Part shown: positions 27,174 to 34,923 of the stretch, in pieces
Numbering within the stretch: the first letter of the stretch is position 1
Layout of the letters: each line of letters starts with the position of its first letter
Origin: Fidelibacterota bacterium
GTDB taxonomy: Bacteria; Fidelibacterota; Marinisomatia; Marinisomatales; UBA1611
Direction: 5' to 3'
DNA: 59,998 bases
Assembly (NCBI GenBank): GCA_018674095.1
Contig: JABHAX010000013.1
Span: 1 to 59,998 of the forward strand
Made by a program: the position numbers and the translations under genes
Notes under the pieces: model-generated
The model's database searches: none
What the model saw: the letters and a program-made list of their open reading frames with translations, nothing else
What the model was told of the DNA's origin: nothing

Positions 27174-29396
27174 ATGAAGCAATATTTTATGGTGTTATTA
27201 GGATTAATGATTACACTTAATGCACAAACAATGTTAATAAATGATAGAGTTGTTAACGATCCTATTATAAGAAATAATAACCCACGGACTCTCTTGGATA
27301 GAAATGAAAAAATACCTGTTAGAATTTTGGAAATATCAAACATGGAAGACTTATCCGAAGGTGTTATAATTGAAAATTCTTGGAGTGGTAGCTATTCTCA
27401 AAGATATCTGTTCGTTTGTCCCGATTCAATGTATCTTGATTCATCAAATTGGAATTATTGGAGCTATTTTAATCAATGTATGGCTGAATATGCCGTTGAA
27501 GAAATGAATCTACAACTGTCTTATCTTCCCAATGTTTCAGCAGAAATATTTGAGCTTGTTTCTTATGAAAGGATATTTGATCCAGTTAATTATGATTCCC
27601 CAGATGGACATACAATGCTTTCTCAATATCATGCGGATTCGACGATTAATACATCAGGCTCTCTAAATATTATTATTACTAATTCAATGGCGAATAATCT
27701 TTTAGGAACAACTTACCTATACCAAGATGCTGTGGATCAAAATGGTGCAATACTTATTGTTGAAAGTGAGCATACTCCTATAGTAATTATTCATGAACTT
27801 GGACATGTATTAGGATTCCCCCATTTATTAGAAGATAGTGAACAAATAACTTTCGCAGGAGAGACTATTTCAATTGATGCAATTTCTGGCCCCAATTGTG
27901 AGCCAAATTATATGTCATCTTGGATTGACGATAATTGTTCTTTTCCAGATCCCAATGCTGTTAAAAATGGCGATATGAATGGAGATGGAATAATGGACCT
28001 TGTTTCTGCAAGCTCTAGGAGGATTGGTTCAAGCGGAAAATTTGCATGGCATGAAGGGAACGAAATGGGAGACTTTACACACCATTTAATTTCGTATACA
28101 CCAGATGCGTATTTAGTTGAAATAGGAGATATTGACCTTGATGGTGATTTAGACTTTGCAACTGCTGCCTCTGATATATTTGATTCGAATGGTCACTTTT
28201 CTTGGTATGAGAATGATGGCGCGGGTGTTTTTACGGAACATATTCTTTCAGAAAATCACCCAGGTGCTTCTTCAATTAAAATCATTGATCTAGATGGTGA
28301 TGGAGACATTGATTTGGTTTGTGGATCAAAAGGTGATTCCAATATAACGCTCCTAATTAATGACGGGATTGAAACATTTACAGAACAAAATATTACGCCA
28401 TCTCAAGGCGATGTATTTGATGTGACCATTGGCGATATAAATGGAGATGGAAATCTAGATTTAATTGTTGTCGGAAGTGAATATGTTAAAACACTTTCAT
28501 GGTTTGAGAGTAATGGTTCTGGGTCTTTTACTGAACATCTAGTTTCTGATCATGCAAAAGTTGCAGCAATTCCAATCGATATGGATGGTGATGATGATTT
28601 AGATATCGTTAGTTTTGGAGATCGCCTGACTCTTTTCTATAATGATGGGAACGGTGTATTTGCTGAATCGCTTGAGCTCGGTTGGGGATGGGATGTTGGA
28701 TATTATAATCCAAAAGAACTTTCTATCATAGATATAGATGGTGATTCTGACGTCGATATTATGGCCGCTTATATGAATGGCGTAGCTTTATTTAGGCAGG
28801 ATGCAGGTAATTTATTTAGTCCAGATTCAATCTATAGTGGAGCTGATATTAATAATAGCCTCCCAGTCCAAATGAACGATGACAATCATTGGGATATCAT
28901 TGTGAGTGAGCATGATGCTTACCATATTGACAATGATAATGATTTATTTTGGCTTGAGGGAGATGGAACAAATAGTTGGGAAATCGAACATGGAATTACT
29001 GAAATGTTGAAGCTCAGCTTAAATACATCCCAACATGGAGCAGTCTTTGGGGAAATTTTAAATTCATGGTTAGATTATCATTACAATTTTTTGAACATAA
29101 ATGATGCATCGATTCCAGGACGATATAAATTATTTCAAAATCATCCTAACCCATTCAATCCAATTACTACACTTCAGTATGATTTACCTGAAGATGTGAA
29201 TGTCAAGATTATGATTTATGATTTGATGGGAAGAGAGGTCAAGACTTTGGTAAATAATCAATTATCAGCTGGATATAAGTCAGTGAGTTGGAACGCAAAA
29301 AATAACTTAGGCCAACCTGTGAGCGCAGGAATGTATCTTTATCGTATTTCTGCAGGTGACTTTCAATCGGTAAAGAAAATGGTGCTGTTGAAATGA
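27174..29396 (+). CDS. Secreted metzincin-like zinc protease fused to FG-GAP/VCBS repeats, T9SS C-terminal sorting domain
   Basis: 740 aa; signal peptide; HELGHVLGFPH (HExxHxxGxxH); repeated Ca-loop motifs (DIDLDGDLDF, DLDGDGDIDLV, DINGDGNLDLIV, DMDGDDDLDIV, DIDGDSDVDIM); tail HPNPFNPITTLQY...AGMYLYRISAGDFQSVKKMVLLK. Confidence 0.7.
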   Translation: MKQYFMVLLGLMITLNAQTMLINDRVVNDPIIRNNNPRTLLDRNEKIPVRILEISNMEDLSEGVIIENSWSGSYSQRYLFVCPDSMYLDSSNWNYWSYFNQCMAEYAVEEMNLQLSYLPNVSAEIFELVSYERIFDPVNYDSPDGHTMLSQYHADSTINTSGSLNIIITNSMANNLLGTTYLYQDAVDQNGAILIVESEHTPIVIIHELGHVLGFPHLLEDSEQITFAGETISIDAISGPNCEPNYMSSWIDDNCSFPDPNAVKNGDMNGDGIMDLVSASSRRIGSSGKFAWHEGNEMGDFTHHLISYTPDAYLVEIGDIDLDGDLDFATAASDIFDSNGHFSWYENDGAGVFTEHILSENHPGASSIKIIDLDGDGDIDLVCGSKGDSNITLLINDGIETFTEQNITPSQGDVFDVTIGDINGDGNLDLIVVGSEYVKTLSWFESNGSGSFTEHLVSDHAKVAAIPIDMDGDDDLDIVSFGDRLTLFYNDGNGVFAESLELGWGWDVGYYNPKELSIIDIDGDSDVDIMAAYMNGVALFRQDAGNLFSPDSIYSGADINNSLPVQMNDDNHWDIIVSEHDAYHIDNDNDLFWLEGDGTNSWEIEHGITEMLKLSLNTSQHGAVFGEILNSWLDYHYNFLNINDASIPGRYKLFQNHPNPFNPITTLQYDLPEDVNVKIMIYDLMGREVKTLVNNQLSAGYKSVSWNAKNNLGQPVSAGMYLYRISAGDFQSVKKMVLLK

Positions 29397-29635
29397 GAAT
29401 CCTTATTACCATTACCATACTATTTTCATCCCTATTCTCCCAATCTATCATTGGCTCTTGGGAACTGGCTTCTCCTTATACTTCAGAAGTAGATGGCAAA
29501 GCCCATGCACTAATTCGCCACAACTATTCTGCTGATGGCGATTTTGATTCATACATATGGCATACAAATAATCGCACTTTATTAAAGGGGGTTTGGAGAT
29601 ATCAAAAAATAGAATGGTATTTGACTTTTTGTTGA
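29393..29635 (+). CDS. Small secreted hypothetical protein
   Basis: 80 aa; signal-like N-terminus MRILITITILFSSLFSQS; ATGA overlap with the upstream stop. No recognisable domain. Confidence 0.3.
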   Translation: MRILITITILFSSLFSQSIIGSWELASPYTSEVDGKAHALIRHNYSADGDFDSYIWHTNNRTLLKGVWRYQKIEWYLTFC

Positions 29636-29698
29636 TTGTAGAAATAAAACTGTTAAATAATTAAATAAATCGAATTTCTTTATGATGTAATTTTCATT

Positions 29699-30325
29699 AT
29701 GCCATTTGACATGACTCAACTCATAAGCCCTATAGTTTTAATGGGGAATGGGGAAATTCCATCTCATGATATTCCCATAAACATTATAAAAAATGCAAAA
29801 ACTATCTTATCCGCAGATGGGGGCGCAAATAAGCTAAACCGACTTGAGTTTCTACCCAATCTCATTTTAGGTGATTTGGATTCAATAACACCAAATCAAT
29901 TTAAATGTGACATAATTGAATTAAAGGATCAATCCAAAACCGATTTACAAAAAAGCTTGGATTGGTGTTCTGAAAATGGAATCATGGAAATGTCTTTGGT
30001 GGGATTTTCCGGCGAGCAAGATGACCATTGGATGGCTGCACTTTGGACGCTCATTACCTATTTCGAGAAAATGAATCTCACCTTTTACTCCAATACATCT
30101 AAGATAGTTTGTGTAAACGGCGAATCAAAATTTGATTCATTTATCGGTCAAACTATTTCAATCATTCCCCCCAGGGAGAATATAGAAATCAGCACGGATG
30201 GCTTAAAATATCACCTGAGTAAATCCATTTTAAAACCGCCATCTTTTAGCACTCGGAATGAAGCAATCAGAAATTCTTTTTCTATTCAATCAAATGGACC
30301 AGTTTGGGTCTTTTTGAATTATTAA
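29699..30325 (+). CDS. Thiamine pyrophosphokinase
   Basis: 208 aa; motifs ILSADGGANKL, LILGDLDSI, KDQSKTDLQKSL typical of the TPK catalytic domain. Confidence 0.8.
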   Translation: MPFDMTQLISPIVLMGNGEIPSHDIPINIIKNAKTILSADGGANKLNRLEFLPNLILGDLDSITPNQFKCDIIELKDQSKTDLQKSLDWCSENGIMEMSLVGFSGEQDDHWMAALWTLITYFEKMNLTFYSNTSKIVCVNGESKFDSFIGQTISIIPPRENIEISTDGLKYHLSKSILKPPSFSTRNEAIRNSFSIQSNGPVWVFLNY

Positions 30326-30365
30326 GATGGTATTTGAATTCTCTATTTTTTTGACCCCATTATGT

Positions 30366-30399
30366 TTCCCCTATTACAGGGGAAATAAAAAGTTTTTAA
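30366..30399 (+). terminator. Weak stem-loop/terminator after the TPK gene
   Basis: TTCCCCT-attac-AGGGGAA followed by ATAAAAAGTTTTT. Confidence 0.35.
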
Positions 30400-30406
30400 A
30401 TCTTTA

Positions 30407-30473
30407 CCTTGCGACTTCTATGCTGAGCGCTTGCCCGCCGTTTTTTTGGCAGGGAGTCGAAGTACGGCAAATA
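30407..30473. repeat. Second locus of the NCNCNAAG-type degenerate repeat (inverted plus forward units)
   Basis: CCTTGCGAC...GAGCGCTTGCC (inverted units), then GGAGTCGAAGTACGGCAAA (forward units) around a T7 run. Same unit type as 18433-18602 and 31845-31872. Confidence 0.4.
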
Positions 30474-30480
30474 AATTAAA

Positions 30481-31875
30481 ATGAGTCATTTCCACTTTCT
30501 TGATTGGGCGATCCTTGCTGCCTATACTAGCGGACTTATTTGGATCGGTATTTTCCGGTTGAAAGATCAATCATCTTCACAGGAAGAATTTATTTTAAGT
30601 GGTCGGCGATTAAGCCTCGGTGGATTTGTGGTAACATTGGTCACAACATGGTACGGTGCCATTTTAGGTTTGGGCGAGAATACTTTTCTTTATGGCATTC
30701 AAACTTGGTTCATTTTCGCATTACCTTATTATGGATTTGCTTTAGGCTATGCTTATTGGATTGCTCCTAAAATTCGAGAAAAGAATTTTTTGTCTATTCC
30801 GGATCATTTCCGATTTCATTACGGCGATAACGCCGGCATCATTTCCGCATTATTGATCACCTTTTTGGCTAGTCCTGCACCTTACATATTAAGTATGGGA
30901 ATTCTGCTTCAATTTCTTTTCGGGATTAATCTTGGGTTGGCACTTCTCATGTCCACAGTTTTTAGTGTAGTCTATGTTTGGAATGGCGGATTTTCCGCTG
31001 TTGTTAAAACGGATATACTGCAATTTATTTTAATGTTTAGCGGATTTTTTCTGTTAATCGGTTTTGCATGGAACCAATTTGGCTCTCCTATTGTTTTGTT
31101 TAAATCTATCCCGGAAACTTATTTGGATCCTTTGGGTGGAAATACAGTCCAATATGTTTTAGTTTGGTTTTTTATTGCGGCCTGGACCTTTATTGATCCG
31201 GGATTTTACCAACGATGCGCAGCTGCAGAATCGCCGGAAACCGCCAAAAAAGGGCTTTTAATATCAATTGGGTTTTGGGTTATTTTTGATTGCCTAACCG
31301 TCCTTGCAGGACTTTATGCAGTCACCATAATTCAAACCGACCAAGCGCTACTCTCCTTTCCTTTATTAGGGCAACATATTTTACCCATGGGTGTTTTAGG
31401 ATTATTCATTACGGGACTTTTGGCAACCATTATGTCCACCATTGATTCCTTGAGTTTGATCAGTGCCATTACATTCGGGCGGGATATTCTGTGGCGAATT
31501 CAGCGACCAAAAACTGATTCAAATCCAGTTCCATTGGTACGAAAAGGATTGGTGATTATTTCATTTTTGTCTCTTTTTCTGGCCTTTGCTGTTCCTTCTG
31601 TTGTGGGATTATTTTATGCCATTGGATCCGTATTGATTCCCGGGCTCATCCTTCCTTTTATCTTTACATTATGGAATGAAAAAGTTCAACTTTCGGAACG
31701 ATTGGCGAATCAATGGATTATTATCCCGGTTGGCGTCTCCCTAATTTGGTTTGGTCTCTCACAAATAAGCGGACACCCGTTTATGGGCATTGAACCCTTT
31801 TATCCAGGGATGGTTTTTTCATTAATAATGGGGAGCTTTATTCTGCCGCGAAGCGCACCAAGAGACACGAAGTAA
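30481..31875 (+). CDS. Sodium:solute symporter (SSS) family transporter
   Basis: 464 aa polytopic membrane protein; N-terminal LSGRRLSLGGFVVTLVTTWYGA and overall helix layout resemble SSS carriers. The last 9 codons (PRSAPRDTK) are encoded by a copy of the 9-mer repeat (31845-31872). Confidence 0.7.
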   Translation: MSHFHFLDWAILAAYTSGLIWIGIFRLKDQSSSQEEFILSGRRLSLGGFVVTLVTTWYGAILGLGENTFLYGIQTWFIFALPYYGFALGYAYWIAPKIREKNFLSIPDHFRFHYGDNAGIISALLITFLASPAPYILSMGILLQFLFGINLGLALLMSTVFSVVYVWNGGFSAVVKTDILQFILMFSGFFLLIGFAWNQFGSPIVLFKSIPETYLDPLGGNTVQYVLVWFFIAAWTFIDPGFYQRCAAAESPETAKKGLLISIGFWVIFDCLTVLAGLYAVTIIQTDQALLSFPLLGQHILPMGVLGLFITGLLATIMSTIDSLSLISAITFGRDILWRIQRPKTDSNPVPLVRKGLVIISFLSLFLAFAVPSVVGLFYAIGSVLIPGLILPFIFTLWNEKVQLSERLANQWIIIPVGVSLIWFGLSQISGHPFMGIEPFYPGMVFSLIMGSFILPRSAPRDTK

Positions 31876-32015
31876 AAAAATATGAACATAATGAATAAAT
31901 TAAATCCAGACTTTTCAATTTTAATTATTAAACCATTACCTAAGTCATCGGTTTGGAAATGAGAAAAAAATGAAACCATTTTAACGGTTTATCAGATAAT
32001 ATTTTAGGATAAAGT

Positions 32016-32489
32016 ATGGCTATTGAAATTGAAAGAAAATTCTTGGTGAAAGAAAATCCATTTCACCTGGCAAAAAAATCACACCGAATTAGGCAAGGTT
32101 ATATTGTGAATGACCAAAAACAAGTGATTCGCGTCCGGGAAAAAGGAGAAGACTATTTCCTTACTATTAAAGGAAACAATATTGGTAATTCCCGTTTGGA
32201 GTTCGATTTCCCCATTCCAAAAGAGGATGCTGAAGAACTCCTAAAACATTTTTGTAAAACCACACTGATTGATAAAACCCGCCATTATGTTGAACATGAA
32301 GGACACACCTGGGAAGTGGATGAATTCCATGGTGACAATGATGGCTTAGTTGTTGCGGAAATTGAATTGGATTCAGAAGATGAACAATTTGAAATTCCCG
32401 ATTGGATTAGCGAAGAAGTCACGCCCGATGATCGCTATTATAATATGAATTTGGCGACACATCCATTTAAGGATTGGTCATCAAAATAA
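32016..32489 (+). CDS. CYTH-domain protein (CyaB/thiamine-triphosphatase superfamily triphosphate tunnel enzyme)
   Basis: 157 aa; N-terminal IEIERKFLV signature and acidic strands EVDEF / VAEIEL. Confidence 0.8.
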   Translation: MAIEIERKFLVKENPFHLAKKSHRIRQGYIVNDQKQVIRVREKGEDYFLTIKGNNIGNSRLEFDFPIPKEDAEELLKHFCKTTLIDKTRHYVEHEGHTWEVDEFHGDNDGLVVAEIELDSEDEQFEIPDWISEEVTPDDRYYNMNLATHPFKDWSSK

Positions 32490-32520
32490 AAAAAGGGCTC
32501 CAATTGGAGCCCTTTTTATT
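32488..32520. terminator. Bidirectional rho-independent terminator
   Basis: AAAAAAAGGGCTCC-aatt-GGAGCCCTTTTTATT between the convergent CYTH (+) and aldolase (-) genes. Confidence 0.85.
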
Positions 32521-32540
32521 ATGATAAGAAACCTAATTCT

Positions 32541-33560
32541 TTATTCCATATCTGAAGAATAGTCGCCTTTACTTGCTAGACTATTCAATTTCGCCCGTTT
32601 ATAAAACGCATCTTGCGCAGTAGAAACATTTTCTTCTTTTCCACACCACGCATCCAAGGCAGAGGATTGTAAAGCTCTGCCATAAGAATAAGTCAAATTC
32701 CAGGGGCTATTACTACCCAAAATCTGATTCATAGCATTCAGGTGGGCTGTGGCATTTTCATTACTTTGTCCACCGGATAAAAATGCGATTCCAGGGACAG
32801 CCGAGGGGACGCACCGTTTTAGCACAGTAACCGTCATATCTGCTACTTCGTCAACGGGTGCTTGTTCAGAGCATTCATACCCGGACAAAACCATATTGGG
32901 TTTTAAGATCATTCCTTCCAAAAGGACATTTTGTGCATAGAGTTCATAGAAGACAGAATGAAGAACCTCTTCGGTCACAACATAACTATCTTCAATGGTA
33001 TGGCTTCCATCCATGAGAATTTCTGGTTCAACAATGGGAACGATTCCATTTTCCTGGCACAATGCCGCATAGCGTGCCAAAGCATGAGCATTCGCTGCTA
33101 CACAAGTACTACTGGGCTCGGCTTCATTGATGGTAATTACTGCACGCCATTTTGCAAATCGTGCGCCCAATTCATAATATTCTTTTAAGCGCGCATCCAA
33201 ACCATCCAATCCTTCCGTAACTTTTTCACCTTCGGTACCGGATAAGTTATGAGCGCCTTTATCAACTTTGATTCCAGGAATGACATTCAAATTTCTCAAA
33301 TATTCGGGATAAAGTGTTCCATCTTTCACAGTTGATTGACGAAGCGTTTCATCAAACAGAATCACACCACTAATAAATTCTTCCATGCCCGGGGTGGTAA
33401 AAAGCATATTCCGGTACGCATTACGATTGGCTTCCGTGCTATCAACACCGATAGAATCAAATCGTTTTGTACAGGTGGGTGTACTTTCATCTGCCGCTAA
33501 AATTCCTCGACCTTTTTCCACCATTGCATTTGCTATTTCTGGTAAACTATTCCAACTCAT
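32541..33560 (-). CDS. fba: Fructose-bisphosphate aldolase, class I
   Basis: 339 aa; GILAADES, LEGMILKPNMV (Schiff-base Lys context), LSGGQS. Confidence 0.92.
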   Translation of the reverse strand: MSWNSLPEIANAMVEKGRGILAADESTPTCTKRFDSIGVDSTEANRNAYRNMLFTTPGMEEFISGVILFDETLRQSTVKDGTLYPEYLRNLNVIPGIKVDKGAHNLSGTEGEKVTEGLDGLDARLKEYYELGARFAKWRAVITINEAEPSSTCVAANAHALARYAALCQENGIVPIVEPEILMDGSHTIEDSYVVTEEVLHSVFYELYAQNVLLEGMILKPNMVLSGYECSEQAPVDEVADMTVTVLKRCVPSAVPGIAFLSGGQSNENATAHLNAMNQILGSNSPWNLTYSYGRALQSSALDAWCGKEENVSTAQDAFYKRAKLNSLASKGDYSSDME

Positions 33561-33583
33561 ACTATCTCCATTTGGTTTTTAGA

Positions 33584-34771
33584 TTATTGTTTTATTTCTT
33601 TTATCATGGATTGGTACCAATCCACTGTTGTATCAAACGGTTTTCCGCCTTTGATTCTTTCAAATTCAATTAGTCTTAATTTCTGTTTATGATTGTCGTC
33701 GAGACCAGCCACACCACTTTCTCCAGAGATGGCTTTTTCCGCACCGAAAAATGCAGATTGTTTTATCAAGTCTAAATCTTTTTGGTTCGGTTTTGCAGAA
33801 CGAGCAAAATATCCACTTTTTTGGACCAATGTTTTTTCGGCATTGAGTGCAAACGCTAATTGTTTGGCAAACCATTGCCCCGGATTAATCTCATCCAACC
33901 GAACATGACCAAATGCATCACGTGGGACAGTCTCCCCGTTCGATTCCATTTCCCTTACAATGGTTTCTAATCCTGCCCCTTCGCTCAAGAAAATATTTAT
34001 ACCATCTTTTTCGTCCATCCGTTTTTTCAATCGTTTACATTCAGCTTTGAAATCAAAATCTATTTCAGGAATGTAAATAGCATCAATATCCCACTTTTCT
34101 CCTGAAATTAACAATTCCGGGAAAAACGAACGCTTTTTCATTCGCTCACGATAATCGAATGCTGTCCGAGCCGTTAGCCAACCACAATTACGCCCCATGA
34201 CTTCATGAATAATGAGCTGCCGCGTACTGGTTGTATTTTCGTTTACAATATTTTCAAAAAAGATGGCGCCCTGTTCTGCAGCAGTCCAGGCTCCTAAAGT
34301 CTGGGTGATGGGAAAAACATCATTGTCCACAGTTTTGGGTAAACCAACAACTGTCAAATCATATCCGTTCTCTTTGAGATAAAAAGAAAGTTGTGCTGCC
34401 ATGGTATTGGTATCATCGCCGCCGATTGTGTGTAATATACCAATTTTGTCTTTTACCAACTGATCCGCGGCAACCTTGAGTGGATCTTCCCCATCTTTCA
34501 CATATCCACGTTTGATGCAATCTTCCACATTGGTTAGTTTAACGCGACTATTTCCAATCGGGCTTCCTCCAAAATCATAAAGCGTACTGAATTTGGTTTT
34601 AGCTGTTTCAGGAAATTCAATTGAATTCCCCAAAAGTAAACCACGATATCCGTTTAGATATCCAATCAATTTTGCTTCGGGCGCACATTCATTGTATTTT
34701 TCAATCAATGCACCAATAGAAGCAGAAAGACATGGGGCAATTCCCCCGGCAGTTAAAAATGCTATTTTCAT
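33584..34771 (-). CDS. pfp: Pyrophosphate-dependent 6-phosphofructokinase
   Basis: 395 aa; TIGGDDTNT (Asp instead of the Gly of ATP-PFKs), LPKTVDND (Lys determinant of PPi use), HEVMGRNCGWL. Confidence 0.88.
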   Translation of the reverse strand: MKIAFLTAGGIAPCLSASIGALIEKYNECAPEAKLIGYLNGYRGLLLGNSIEFPETAKTKFSTLYDFGGSPIGNSRVKLTNVEDCIKRGYVKDGEDPLKVAADQLVKDKIGILHTIGGDDTNTMAAQLSFYLKENGYDLTVVGLPKTVDNDVFPITQTLGAWTAAEQGAIFFENIVNENTTSTRQLIIHEVMGRNCGWLTARTAFDYRERMKKRSFFPELLISGEKWDIDAIYIPEIDFDFKAECKRLKKRMDEKDGINIFLSEGAGLETIVREMESNGETVPRDAFGHVRLDEINPGQWFAKQLAFALNAEKTLVQKSGYFARSAKPNQKDLDLIKQSAFFGAEKAISGESGVAGLDDNHKQKLRLIEFERIKGGKPFDTTVDWYQSMIKEIKQ

Positions 34772-34823
34772 AAATTCGTTTTAGATCAATATATTTTCGA
34801 CATGACACTTAATAAAATACCCC

Positions 34824-34851
34824 ATTAGTAACTATCTTATAAGCTACTAAT
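34824..34851. promoter_or_regulatory. 28 bp dyad ATTAGTAACT-N8-AGCTACTAAT (candidate operator), site 1
   Basis: 9/10 self-complementary arms. It begins 53 nt upstream of the pfp start (34771), in the divergent pfp/acetoacetyl-CoA synthetase spacer. Same dyad, spacing and distance as 38934-38961. Confidence 0.55.
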
Positions 34852-34923
34852 TGATACCATGATTAAAATAATCTTTAATGTAAAATTACCCCTTGAATTT
34901 GCATGAAAAAAATGGAATGAAAA

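Noticed and set aside
30326-30480. Possible TPP riboswitch upstream of the SSS symporter next to the thiamine pyrophosphokinase gene
   Set aside because: A CTGAG is present, but the conserved ACCTGATCTGGATAATGCCAGCG-type core is absent. The region is instead made of the 9-mer repeat units. An Rfam scan is needed to be certain.
32541-34771. PPi-PFK plus class I aldolase as something unusual
   Set aside because: The combination is well known in several anaerobic or energy-limited bacterial lineages. I recorded both as ordinary features; only the shared upstream dyad is flagged.
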